Shown here: piece after piece, positions 43,551 through 55,397 of the stretch
Numbering within the stretch: position 1 is the first letter of the stretch
Layout: each line of letters opens with the position of its first letter
Source of the DNA: Mayamaea pseudoterrestris
Lineage: Eukaryota
Assembly: GCA_027923505.1 (NCBI GenBank)
Contig: BROI01000028.1
Span: forward strand, 310,001 to 374,000
Length of the DNA: 64,000 bases
Reading direction: 5' to 3'
Position numbers and translations under genes: made by a program
Notes under the pieces: model-generated
What the model was told of the DNA's origin: nothing
The model's input: the letters and a program-made list of their open reading frames with translations, nothing else
Databases searched by the model: none

Positions 43551-44570
43551 TTATGCCTTAGTTTTCGACGGTTTTTCTAGTAACTCGGCTTCCCACTGCT
43601 TTCTCACCAGCTGAAATAGCTCCATGGTCGCTCTCGCATCTTCCAAAGAGTCATGCGACTCACCTTCCACTTGGATAGCCTTGTCCAAATTCTCCTTGAC
43701 CAAGTCACGCAGCTTTCGTGGTCGCCATTTGTTATTGCCCAATCGCTGAAAGGGACGATACTTGGCCGTGTCACGAACGTCCTGCTTGGGATGCTGCAGC
43801 AGCAGCGCATCCAAGTCATTCTTCAACGCATGCCCCACCAATATCTTGTCCTTTAGAATGGCTGAAACGGCTTGCCGACACTCGTTCACTTCCATGGCAT
43901 TGCGCAAATGTTTTGGCTTGACTCCCGAAACATGCGTACGAAAGTCTGTCACTCGACTTGGAACCTTGACAAAGGTATCCATTAACTCCTTGCCGTCCCA
44001 GTCGGTGATACTGACGCGTGCCAGTGCTCCCTGCTTGCCGCTGGATCCAATGCCCACCATTTCACAATCGAGGGCAACGTAGCGTGACTTGTAAGCGTCC
44101 GTCAAGGCATCCTCCTCCGACTTGACGACGTCGTCCTTTTGCTGCTGCACCTTGAGTTTCTTTTCCTGCTCGACAAGTTCCTTGATGGATGGAAAGCTTT
44201 GTTTGGGTCTTTTGCGTGGAGGAGGTGCCGCGCTTGCTGCTTGCTCGTCATGCGGTGACTCAAAGACGAGGAGAGATTCGTCGTGACCTCGCTCGCGAGC
44301 CTTGCGACGGGCGTCTTTTCGAAACTTCTTCGCATCCTTCTGATACAAATTTGCTGGAATGACAATGACGCTTGTAGCCTTCTGTTCCGTTGTCGGTAGT
44401 GCTGATGCAGCTTTGGTGGTGATTGTCGTTTCCGAGTGATGGCGCTTCTTGTTCTCCTTGCCAATCACTTTCTCGTCCGTTAAGACGCCACCAGAGTCAG
44501 CAAACTGCTTCATCTTTCGCCTGCGCTCCTTCATGAGCTGCTTTTGCTTTTTGGTAATAAAGAATCCCAT
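43551..44570 (-). CDS. REXO4: RNA exonuclease 4-like DEDDh exonuclease
   Basis: Motifs YVALDCEMVG, VTDFRTHVSG, LVGHALKNDL and HDSLEDARATM; basic N-terminus. Confidence 0.88.
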   Translation of the reverse strand: MGFFITKKQKQLMKERRRKMKQFADSGGVLTDEKVIGKENKKRHHSETTITTKAASALPTTEQKATSVIVIPANLYQKDAKKFRKDARRKARERGHDESLLVFESPHDEQAASAAPPPRKRPKQSFPSIKELVEQEKKLKVQQQKDDVVKSEEDALTDAYKSRYVALDCEMVGIGSSGKQGALARVSITDWDGKELMDTFVKVPSRVTDFRTHVSGVKPKHLRNAMEVNECRQAVSAILKDKILVGHALKNDLDALLLQHPKQDVRDTAKYRPFQRLGNNKWRPRKLRDLVKENLDKAIQVEGESHDSLEDARATMELFQLVRKQWEAELLEKPSKTKA

Positions 44571-44884
44571 GATTTATAGCTGGGGTGATGGATGCAAATG
44601 AAATGTTCCGTCGGAGGCGTTTTTCAGTGGTTGCAAGCAGTCTTGCATTTGAAAGTCGCTCTGGTACTGAATGAGTCAATGATGCGTTTTCATTGGCTGG
44701 ATTTGATGTTTCTCGACGAGTCGCATTGGAAATGGCGAGCGCGCCAGCATATCGGGGCGATTTGCGCTTCCGAGCCCAAGGCGACCTCGAATCATCATTA
44801 GCAGTTGAACCAAGCCCCACGACTTGCGCTTGACCAGGCGACGGCTGAAAGAGTCTTTGTCAATTTTTTTGGTGAAACAGAAGA

Positions 44885-47027
44885 ATGAACGGTAAAATCG
44901 AGGACGATGACGCCGACTTTGCCGACGCAGAAATGACGAATGGTGCGAACCTCCACTCGCCCAACTCGAATCAGCAGCAGCCGGAGCAAAGCTTGTACAA
45001 GTCCGACTCCAACGACATGGGCGATGAGCCGTTCGACGAAGAAATGTCGGATGTTCCAATTGACACTGCGGACCATGGATCGTCGCTTCCATCTCCGGAA
45101 GAATTGCGTCATTCATTGCCGCAGCATCGCAAAGGCAAATTCAAATACTTTTGCATTGCCATTGTTGTTGCTCTCGTGGTGATTGCCTGCATTAGTCTTG
45201 GCGCTGGAGTCAGCAACAAGAAGCAGCAGGCAAAAGTCAATGAACCTCCGCCGCGGCAGGCGTCACTTTCGCAAGTTATCAAATACATTGCGGCGACTGG
45301 AGTTTCAAGCAAGGAAGACTTGCAACTTGGAGGGTCGCCGCAGAGTTTGGCGGCCAATTGGATTGCAAATATTGATGGCATGAACATGGCTTTACCGTCA
45401 GACAAGGATGGATCTTCATCGGAAGGATACAAGTACATTACTCGCTACGTTAGTGGCCTGCTTTGGTATGCTCTGAATGGAGCGGACTGGAAAAACCAGT
45501 ACGGTTTCTTGTCACAGAATGACATTTGTTTTTGGAATGCACCCCTTCCGGTCATGACGACTACTGGTGTCGATTTCCAAGCGAATGGTATATACTGTGA
45601 CAGAGAAACGAAAGAAGTGACCGCTGTTCGCTTAGGTACGTTATTGCCTTGCATAGAATCCCAATTACCGTCGCACTACTTGCTCAGTACTTGTGACTCA
45701 ATGAAATCATATAGGTTATAACAAGCTTACTGGTAGCATTCCGTCGGAAGTTACTAAACTGACAACTCTGACGCAGCTTGATGTGAGCGGAAACAAGATG
45801 CGAGGCAGTGTTGGCGCGAACGTTTGCAAGCTTAAGCGCCTGAAAGCCTTGATTGTGAACTACGGTGGATTCATTGGCACCCTGCCTCCTTGTTTATCGA
45901 CGCTGACGGATCTCGAAGTACTCATGACGTCCAACAATTACCTTGGCGGTCGACTTCCCGATCTCAGCAAGCTCACGAAATTGGCAAGCGTCTTTCTCGA
46001 CGACAACAAGCTCACCGGCACCATCACCACGACCTTCAACAAGATGACCAACTTAAAATTTTTATTCATGCAAGGCAACAACTTTTACGGAAATATTGAC
46101 GATGAGTTCTTGAAGAATGCAAAGAATCTTTCGCGACTCGATATGTCAAACGGCAACTACACTGGCCAGCTGCCGTCGCACTTCTTTGGAATGCCAAACT
46201 TACAGTTGCTTGACCTTCATGGCAACCGTCTCTCTGGCTCGTTTCCATCGAATATTAACAAGAATACGGCGCTGCAGTATATTTCCTTGCAGGAGAATCT
46301 CATTAAGGGACCGCTTCACCCTAGTCTAGTGAATCTGACCAGGCTCTTTCATCTGGATGTTTCGAATAACACATTGACTGGGCCTATTCCAGGACGCATT
46401 GGAATGCTGCCTCTTGAATACCTTTTTCTGGCCAATAACAAATTTGCCAAGGGTCCTATTCCTCCCTTGTTCGGCCTGATGACTAATATTACGGAGCTCT
46501 CTTTAAAGGGAACGAACCGAAACGGTACAATCCCCGCCTGGTTGGGCACTAATATGACCAAGCTTAAGTTGTTGGATCTCGACAACAATTCACTGAACGG
46601 AAACATACCATCGGAGCTTGGTCGTCTTACTTATCTTGAGTTTCTGCTGTTAAATCGCAACTTGGGTATCAAGGGCGCGTTGCCGTCTCAGATGAACAAA
46701 CTTTCGTCCCTTCGCTCCATCTTTTTGGATAACACTGGCTTAAGCGGCAGTTTGGAACCAATCTGCAAGCTTCAAAGTCTTAACGCACCCGAGACGAGCG
46801 GTAATTTGACTCGTGACTTTATCAGCGCTGATTGCGGAGGGAATAATCCCAAAGTAAAATGCAGTTGCTGCGACGTGTGCTGCTCCAACACGAACCCAAA
46901 ATGCAACCAGAACTACCAAGTCGCAAGCATTGATCCAAACTGGGAAAGCTCTTTTCAACGTGCCTCATACAGCCTTGGGACGGACGATGCAAACTTTGAA
47001 AATCGAGTGACAGAGCGCGTTCCATAA
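44885..47027 (+). CDS. Leucine-rich-repeat single-pass (type II) membrane protein
   Basis: Exons 44885-45635 and 45715-47027. TM helix, SPQSLAANWI..RY cap, LRRs and a DC..CSCCDVCC C-cap. Confidence 0.9.
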
Positions 47028-47268
47028 CCGAATGGATGGAGCGCAATGGGTTGCGATGCCCTTAAATACATTTAGAAGGTTAAACACTAATAACTTCTGG
47101 AAGTAGAGAGTAGAATATTGAGTAAGACGACATAAGAGTGCAAGCTGCATGGGCAGGTAGTTTATGTACCACTCCGACAAAATGAATTCTTCACGATGCT
47201 GACGCGAGTTGCGTTTGTTCTGTGCGCGAAGAATTTGACTCTCTTCACAAGTTCGAGAGCAGCTGACC

Positions 47269-47592
47269 ATGAGCACTATATCTTCCAGCCCCTCCACCTC
47301 CCGCCACCAACGAGACAGCTCTATGGGTTCCATGAGCAGTTTTGGAGAGGATGATACAGTTGCCAAGTCACGAACGACTACATCGAACCGATTGCCTCCC
47401 AGCCCGAAGCTGCGAAAGAAGGATCTTCATCCTGTCGTTGCTTCCATGGTGAGCGGCAATACTTTACGCGACTGCCACCAAGTGAAAGACTTTTACGGAC
47501 ATTGTTTGACCCATTCAGCAGTTGGAGACTCGCACGTATGTAAGACTGCGGCGAGATACAATGACATTTGCATTATGGAGGGCGGAAAATGA
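47269..47592 (+). CDS. Small twin-CX9C (CHCH-like) protein
   Basis: 107-aa ORF ending in C-HQVKDFYGH-C ... C-KTAARYNDI-C. Confidence 0.6.
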   Translation: MSTISSSPSTSRHQRDSSMGSMSSFGEDDTVAKSRTTTSNRLPPSPKLRKKDLHPVVASMVSGNTLRDCHQVKDFYGHCLTHSAVGDSHVCKTAARYNDICIMEGGK

Positions 47593-47828
47593 GGATGGCC
47601 GCAAGATCCGCGACGGGGCTGTTTGGAGATTCTTGGGCATTTTAAGCTTTTCAATCAAAAGCCGTTATATATTATGGTTACCTTATTGTGATGTGATGCC
47701 AGCCTTTGTAAGTTGGTCGAAAATGTTTATCGTAAGCTACTGTCTTATGGCGGTCCTATTAGTGAGAAATTAGTTTTGTTATGCAAGTGACACCTATAGA
47801 ATGATAATCTTTACAACTTTTTTACCTG

Positions 47829-50276
47829 TCAAACAGAATACCTAGAGATCAACTCATGCTCCTCATCGTACGGACCCGGTAATTCCCCGCAACTTATCTG
47901 CATGCCATTCGCCAGCTTTTGTTCGACCGCTTCCAACAACGAATTGGACAAAGGGGCGAGCCTTTTAGTGTCCTTAAAGTTAGACGAGGAACTTATAGCT
48001 CGAGAAGTTGGTGATTCAAAATCGGTTCTGGCCATTGTAAAAGCCTTCGCGACTTGAGAGAAGAAACTAAATACGTTGAGCGATAATGGATTGAGCTTCG
48101 GCGTCTGCTCAATCCAGCGGAGACTTTCCTCCGTCTGACAGGCAATGGGATGACCTTCACCGTAAATACACTGCTGAATATGTAATGCTTCTTTCAAAAC
48201 GGCGGCTGCCTCGTCGAATGATCCCATGAATAGATGGATGGAACCGATGTTCGACAATGTTGACGCGACACTCAGCAAGGCCAGATTCGAAATCTCGTTT
48301 GAGCTGACTGGCAATCTCTTTAAATTGTACCGCTGAATCTGGAGTGCTTCGTCGAACGCAATCTTGGCAACGGCAACTTCATTGAGCTCAAACAAGGCAC
48401 ATCCGATGTTGTTGAGAATTTTCGCAACCTTTGGATGCACTGGCCCGTAAAACTCTCGGCGGATCTTTAAAGCTTCGCGAAACACGGCAATGGCGTTCTT
48501 GTGTTGATGGGTTTCCAAGTATGCGACACCAAGCTGGGCGAGACTAACGGCAATGTCAGGATGATCGGCAGGGAGTGTCAGCTTGCGTATCGCAATAGCA
48601 TCTTGATAAACATCAATGGCCTTCAGATAATCTCCCCGACGCATATGCACGATTCCGATATTGTGCAAGGCCGTTCCAATTCGGTAATGCTTCTCGCCAT
48701 GTCTCGCCAGCTGACCCCGCAAAATTTCTTCAAACACTTCAAGAGCTTCAGTGAACTCTCTCTGATTGAGATGCTCAGACGCCATTTGATGGATTGCCTT
48801 CAAGTTCTTCTCTGCTTCAAGAAAGGTTCCATCATCTAGATCGACGGGGACAGTTAACATAGGTTTGCCACCGGGCCCCATTTCAATAGTTGACGGTGAC
48901 AGCGCCCTTCGCGGAGTACTGGGCAGCTCGAATATTGGGCCTACGCTCTCCCGCGCATCGTTTTCTATATCGGGCAATGAGAAGCCCATCTCGCTATCCT
49001 CTCGCTTGTCTTCGTCGACAACAGGTAATGACTGGCATACAGGCGACTGCAACAAACTTGTAGCTTGGTCGTTCGAAAGAAGCGAACGTGCGATTAATCC
49101 ATTTTTAGAATTATGTTTGGTCGCTGTCGGATGAGATAGGCCAATCTCCGATTCTTGATCTTTCATGACTTCTGCTGTGGAGACACCACCGCTCTGAAAT
49201 TGACTTGCTGCGGCAACCTTGGCAGTTGTCCGGTTACGGTTGCGACCAAATGACAAGCGTCGTTCGAAACCAGTCTTTCGTATGCGTAATTCTATCTGTC
49301 GTTCGCGTTCTACGTCTTCAGCAGAAAGGCATGGTAGCATTTCTTGCACAGAAGACTGACTAGTGGTGGAGCTTTGCCTTCCCATGGCTATTCCGGCCTT
49401 CTCCATTGAGTGGGCTCCTTGAACCCTCTGTGCATCCGCTGACAGGGAGTGCTGACTAGCTTCTTTGGTTGTGCTCAAAGATTGAACGGAAGTAAAGACA
49501 GGCGTCGCTTCACTGCCACATTCTGACACGTCATCACGATAGACAGTGGTCGATTGCTTCCGTCCCGACAACCGGCGAACCGCGACACCCTTTTTAAATA
49601 GAGGAGGAAAACCTCTGCGTCCCGACAATGAGGAGCATGTGGAATCTGTCGATGGTACTCGCGATAAAGCCAAACTGCCGTCGGTCGACATCTTGTGCCC
49701 CAGAGTAGAAGCAGAAAGCTCACTGACCTGTCGAACAAACGCTGCGGCAGGTCCACCACCGTCAATCGTCATTGATGAATGTGTCTCGAACGACGGCGAG
49801 TTGACAGGAAGTCTGTGTGGCTGCTTTGCTAGCATAGCCTTGGTTGTGTTGTTCTTCAGTTGCGTCTCCATTGATGTAAAGCTATGCTCACTTCGCTTCG
49901 AGAAGCGTGACGCGAACGAGCCATTGGAGCATGAATTCAGCGAAGCTCCCGACGACGCACGTCCCCGGGAAACTCGACCTTGCGAGCAAGCAGCAGGTTG
50001 TGGATTCGTCGACGCACATTGCTTGTTCTTTCTCATCATGCTTCTTGGTTTCCATCGCAGTCGACGTCTCACACGTCCATTGCTCATCATGACTGGGGCT
50101 GAACCACCTAGGCTCTGCGACAGTTCATCCCAGATTTCAGATTTAATCATGCCCGTGTCAACTCCAAAGTCGTCCGTCTCGTCGAATGACGTTGTGTCAA
50201 GGAGCATTCCTAGGACTGGACTCTGGTTGCAGCCTGCGCTTGCGACATTGTCAGGGGTCGCCGCCATGGTGTGCAT
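47829..50276 (-). CDS. TPR-repeat (kinesin light chain-like) protein with a long low-complexity N-terminus
   Basis: TPR motifs GTALHNIG, AVSLAQLG, AKILNNIG and ASTLSNIG. First in-frame ATG at 50276. Confidence 0.85.
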   Translation of the reverse strand: MHTMAATPDNVASAGCNQSPVLGMLLDTTSFDETDDFGVDTGMIKSEIWDELSQSLGGSAPVMMSNGRVRRRLRWKPRSMMRKNKQCASTNPQPAACSQGRVSRGRASSGASLNSCSNGSFASRFSKRSEHSFTSMETQLKNNTTKAMLAKQPHRLPVNSPSFETHSSMTIDGGGPAAAFVRQVSELSASTLGHKMSTDGSLALSRVPSTDSTCSSLSGRRGFPPLFKKGVAVRRLSGRKQSTTVYRDDVSECGSEATPVFTSVQSLSTTKEASQHSLSADAQRVQGAHSMEKAGIAMGRQSSTTSQSSVQEMLPCLSAEDVERERQIELRIRKTGFERRLSFGRNRNRTTAKVAAASQFQSGGVSTAEVMKDQESEIGLSHPTATKHNSKNGLIARSLLSNDQATSLLQSPVCQSLPVVDEDKREDSEMGFSLPDIENDARESVGPIFELPSTPRRALSPSTIEMGPGGKPMLTVPVDLDDGTFLEAEKNLKAIHQMASEHLNQREFTEALEVFEEILRGQLARHGEKHYRIGTALHNIGIVHMRRGDYLKAIDVYQDAIAIRKLTLPADHPDIAVSLAQLGVAYLETHQHKNAIAVFREALKIRREFYGPVHPKVAKILNNIGCALFELNEVAVAKIAFDEALQIQRYNLKRLPVSSNEISNLALLSVASTLSNIGSIHLFMGSFDEAAAVLKEALHIQQCIYGEGHPIACQTEESLRWIEQTPKLNPLSLNVFSFFSQVAKAFTMARTDFESPTSRAISSSSNFKDTKRLAPLSNSLLEAVEQKLANGMQISCGELPGPYDEEHELISRYSV

Positions 50277-50840
50277 GCACTCGCGGTGTTTCTGCGTGTT
50301 CTTTGACTTGGTCTCGGACTCGTCGCTCAAGTTAATTGATTGCAACGGGATGTTCTTTGCGTAGTTTTACTTTCCGCTTGTAAAAAGAATTGGGATCTCG
50401 TGAGGTGCAGTTCCTCAACGGTCGAGTGCATGTGTGTTCCCGCAATTGGATTTGTGATTAGCGATAGGTCGGCACGCGCCCGCGCATCTTACGTGGCGAA
50501 AGGATTCAATATCATGAAAACGAAGCTTGTTTGTGATCCAAGATCTTATCCTTGAGGCAGATGGTCGTGCTTCGCCATGGAAGCCAATGATACCGAAGCG
50601 ACTATTCCACGGAATGCAGTGCCACGTCATAATATGAAAGGATACAATCACTATAGCTCAGAATGTACATGATTGAAGAAACGAACCATCGCGAGCCTGC
50701 CGGGCTTAGCTCGATCGCTGCGTGATGTCGCCAATCCAATTCGGCTCACAATCGACCGGTAACCTTGAAGTGACCATCGATCGAAAGCTGCTTTGAAGCC
50801 TTAGTTCCGTTCACTCACTTCGTCGTGTCTATCAACCATC

Positions 50841-52713
50841 ATGGACAATAAAGTTATCAGCATTGACAAGAAGCAGACCATGACGCTATCGACCATGACT
50901 TCGACCGTTTCCAACGCGAGCAATCACTCAGTGTCCCAGTCGGTTGAACGCGAAGAGATGGGAAGCCTTGCCGAAAACCAGCTGTTCCTTGTAACATCCT
51001 ACAGGCAAGTCGAAGAAAGTCCTCTTGTTTGATGTTCAATCGATTGCGGCATGAATGCGTGCAAAATGTAGACATGACTTGGCTATGGAGCGCTACTGCA
51101 TTTGAAATTTCGCTCTGACATTTTGCCTTCTGTCTTATTCTCTCAACAGTGACTTTGATCTTCTCGCTCATGGTCCTCGCGGCAGTCCAGCCAAGCATCC
51201 TCTCTATGTCTACCGCTTTCATCCAAGCGACGGATCTCTTGTGCTGTTGAACATTGTCGGCGACGCCAAGCTCATTCCTAATCCTGCCTTTTCGCGAATT
51301 CACCCACGACTTAATGTCGTCTACACTTGCACGGAGGATATCTATCACAATGGAGTCGTTATCGCCTACGCGCTTGGACCCAACGGCGAGCTCGAGCAGC
51401 TGGGAGAGCCGGTGGATGCAGGTGGTACCTCAACGTGCTACTTGACGATTGATCGGGCCGGTGCGTTGACTATATTTGAGACCAGAAACAGCTTAGCGCA
51501 TGGATCTCCAATTTCTCACTTGAATATCATCCTTCATTTTACAGGGACTCATCTTTTGTGCGTCAACTATTGGGACTCCACATTGGCGTCCATTCCAATT
51601 GACACTGACACTGGCAAGCTACTTGGACCTATTTCGCACATGTACGATCCCAAGGAAGGCCAAAAGGTGTTTGCGGAAGGTCGTTCGAATGGAGGAGTCA
51701 ACCATTCCTGCAACGACGACTCGACCATTCGCATGCGTCAAGCGGATCCGCACAGTCACGCGTTGGTGTTGGACCCTTTTATTGGAGTCGTCGCCTATGT
51801 TCCAGACCTTGGTAAGGACGTTATTCGCGAATTTTACTACTCGCGTTCCGATGGCAAGGTGGAATTTGAGTTTAACAAGCTACCGTCGGGTTTGTGCTCG
51901 GGCATGCCGGATGGGCCGCGATACATTCACTTTCATCCGACAAGCAACATTGCCTATGTTGTCAACGAGTTGAGTTCGACCATTGCTGTCTTTGAGGTCG
52001 ACCGCGCACTTTTACAAGAGATGGTGTATGCCGAGAAGCAAGGAGAAGATATGCGTCAATTCATGGGTCGATCGACCTTGAAGTTGATCCAGTCCATCAA
52101 GACAATTCCAAATGCATTTCCGACGGAAATGAACACGTGCGGTCGCATTTGCGTCCATAAGAGTGGCCATTTTGTCGTCGTTTCGAACCGTGGGCATCAG
52201 TCGATTGCCGTCTTTCGTGTATGTCGCACCCAGAGCAAGCGCGGAAAGCTTGTATCGGTGGGTTACTTTCACACTCGCGGAGAGACGCCCCGCCACTTTC
52301 AGTTTGACGCAAGTGGTCAGTATCTGCTCGTGGCCAATCAAGACTCTGACTCGATTGCAGTTTTCAACTTTAACTTGTCCAGCGGGGACCTGAAATACAC
52401 GGGCAACGAGTATCGCGTTCCATCTCCCAACTTTGTCTGCTGCTGCCCCATGCAGCGGGATGACGAAGCGGAGGACCCTGCGGATGACCACGTCGTCACC
52501 AACATTTGCTTGGTCGACAACAAGGCGGGCAGTGTGGCTTCCTCGGGTGAGGAAGAGTCTGACAATTCTTGCGTCATGGCGGTCGAAGCGCAACCCAACA
52601 AGCAGCAGGAGCATGCGTTGGAAAGCGAATTGAATCGCGCGCGCCAAGAGATTGACGACCTCAAAAAGCAGCTTGCAGAGCTGCGTGTTGTTGGCACCAC
52701 TTTGGTAGAATAG
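50841..52713 (+). CDS. Lactonase family beta-propeller (6-phosphogluconolactonase / cycloisomerase-2-like)
   Basis: Exons 50841-51004, 51150-51460 and 51545-52713. Motifs PHSHA, VPDLGKD, GPRYIHFHP, YVVNELSST, SNRGHQSI, TPRHF and VANQDSD. Confidence 0.85.
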
Positions 52714-52970
52714 AGGTTATTGCTTGACAGTGGAAGCAGCAGGGTAGTTTGGTGTATGCGTGATAGTCTACCGGCGTGAGATTCCAAGGTATATGCACGT
52801 ATTTAACAGAGAATAGTGAAGGCGTTTTAATTAGAAAGGCAACATAAAAATCATTTGTAGTGGCGCGAGGATGTTTGCCATTGCTACTTGTACATGTAAC
52901 CTCTTAGCGATATGCCATGCTACATAACTATGCGCAGACAGAAAGACTCCGTACGTATATTGTATGGTTT

Positions 52971-53513
52971 TTAAGATAGCTTTGGCTCTGGTCCACCGAA
53001 AAAGTAATGCTCACAGAGATCCTTGATATTTTGCTTCCTCATGGCGCCTTCGATTCTTCCTTTCAAGACAGCCTTGGCTCCATCGGTTCCAGCTTCGTCT
53101 TTACCATCTGCTTCATACTTGTCCAAAAACAACAATGTTGGAAGTCCCATAATGCTTAGTCGCGCCGCCATGGCTTCGTCCTTGTCGGTATCAAGTTTGA
53201 CGAATCGCACCTTGCCCTTGAGTTCCTGCGCGGCCGACTCAAACTCGGGCGCCATGAGTAGGCAGGGTCCGCACCAAGTGGCGTAAGCGTCCACGACGAG
53301 GGGCAACTCCCATTCCTGTAGCATGACTTCCAACTCTTCGCCAGAAACGAGTGGGGCAGCCTTTGTATCTTCCGACGAGGACGCAGCGAAGAATTGGCGA
53401 TTGGTCGAAATGCGTTGCTTTGCACTAGGCGACTGTAGCGTGACAAATCCATTAGCTGCGACTGAGCATAGCAGTAGCACCTGAAGGACTGATGCTGCTA
53501 GAGAGGATACCAT
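52971..53513 (-). CDS. Plastid thioredoxin, Trx-z/CITRX-like
   Basis: DAYATWCGPCLLMA..KLDTD..GLPTLLF; signal peptide followed by F. Confidence 0.85.
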   Translation of the reverse strand: MVSSLAASVLQVLLLCSVAANGFVTLQSPSAKQRISTNRQFFAASSSEDTKAAPLVSGEELEVMLQEWELPLVVDAYATWCGPCLLMAPEFESAAQELKGKVRFVKLDTDKDEAMAARLSIMGLPTLLFLDKYEADGKDEAGTDGAKAVLKGRIEGAMRKQNIKDLCEHYFFGGPEPKLS

Positions 53514-53933
53514 GGTAGATTGTTCCGCAAACTCTTGGTCGGTTCGTTAGCTTGCATAGCTTGCATTCACAGTCAACGATCGACTCATCGTCGACTGCCG
53601 ACCATCTTCAACGAGCGCGCGAATGGAAGCTGATGTCGGAGTGGGAATGAAAAGACATTTTTTGATATCGCTCACAATGACCCTTGCAACACACTCGGCG
53701 CTTCGCAATTCCACGACCAGAACAGTCCAGTCAGGTGAGAATTAGTTCAAGGACGAGTTTTGTTATGGTGATGAGAGAGTACTGTCGCGTGCTTGTGGGG
53801 ATCCGGCAATTGTCTTGTGCCATTATTTTTACTCGAGATTATGGCCTCGGGTCGAGACGCCTTCGCGACTGTGAGCTCAACCACGGAAGGAACAACCTCA
53901 TCATCTCGCTAATCACTGCTGCCTTTAACCATC

Positions 53934-55096
53934 ATGTCATCTCCTTCGACAGTGCAAGAAGAAGAAGAAAAGTTAGATTCTAGCATGCCGGAGCTGATTG
54001 ACTTTGACTCCAAGAGCGACAATCCTCGATCCATCGTCGAGGATGACTCATCGCGCTTCGTCAACAAGATTATTGTTATTACTGGAGCTGGAGGAATGCT
54101 GGGACGCGAGGGATGCATATTCTTTTGCAAACGAGGAGCAAGGGTGGCAGCCTTGGATCAAGATAAGGCCGGGTTGAAGGAAACCTTTCTAGCGCTACAG
54201 ACGGAACTGGGACATGAAGGTGCGTAGTAGTTTATAGTGGAGCTAAAGTAGAGCGAGATTAGAGCAGGCGCCTGTCCTGTCGACTTGCTTTTGAAGTAGC
54301 CTTTAACTCAAAACTCTGCCGCTTTACACGCACAGACTTTGATTTCAAAACATACGCGTGCGATGTAACAGATGCACAGCAAGTTGCTGAGACGGTGGAC
54401 TCGATTGTTGAGCGCTTCGGCCGGATAGACTGCCTTTGGAACAATGCTGGCTATCAAGGCAAGATTCAGCAGCTACTAGATTACGATGTTGTCGACTTTG
54501 AGCGCGTCATGAAGATTAATGTTACAGGTAAGATTGTATGGAGTGCAGCCGTGCAGCCTGTTGTCTAATGTTGATATCGGCTCGATGCTCAATTCGCTGA
54601 CGCCTTCGCCTCTTCTACTTGTTCTTGACCAGGCATGTTCATTGTGCTCCAGGCATGTGCCCGCCACATGGCAAAGAATGCCGACGGAGCTCGATACTCT
54701 ATCGTCAACACGTCATCCGTGGCCGGCATGCGAGGAACACCCGCCATGGTTGCCTATGCTAGCAGCAAGGCGGCGGTACTATCCATGACCATTTGCGCCT
54801 CCAAGGAATTGGCCCCCAACAATATTCGAGTCAATGCCGTCAGCCCAGCGTTGATTGGACCAGGCATGATGTGGGATCGACAGAATCGACTGCACGCCGA
54901 ATCCGGAAGTCCCTACTTTGACAGCGATCCAGAAAAGGTGGGACAGGCAAAAATAAACGGAGTTCCGCTCAAGCGGCTTGGCACCGTGGAGGAAGTCGTC
55001 AATGTTGTCGCCTTTTTGCTGAGCGATGACTCGAGCTATATGACTGGAAGCAACTTGGTTGTGGATGGTGGAATGGCTGGGGGTCTTCGGGCGTAA
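53934..55096 (+). CDS. Short-chain dehydrogenase/reductase
   Basis: Exons 53934-54219, 54336-54527 and 54633-55096. Motifs TGAGGMLG, NNAG, YASSK and IRVNAVSP. Confidence 0.92.
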
Positions 55097-55397
55097 TGAC
55101 GCCATTGGTGTGTCGTTGTTGCTATTTCCTTCACTTCTTACTCTAGAAGTGTTGGGCTAACTTAGCTCATCTCATAGACTCATTTTATAAGCGATTCTTT
55201 GTACTAGCGAGTAAAGAATTGTATAGCCTGATAAGCTCGACTACAGCTGATAGATCGTGTCGCTCCGCAACTCACTCTCCTCACCATTGGTTCTTGTGCT
55301 TTCGGAAACGGACGGCTGCGAGCGGCAGTCGACGACAGCCCATGAATGATGGGCTGCGAATCGCGATGAGTGGCCATCCCACATCTCACCCGAGACG

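Noticed and set aside
41658..44570. YqaJ-like nuclease and REXO4 as a functional nuclease cluster
   Set aside because: REXO4 is a nuclear housekeeping gene, and adjacency in a compact eukaryotic genome is not evidence without conserved synteny.
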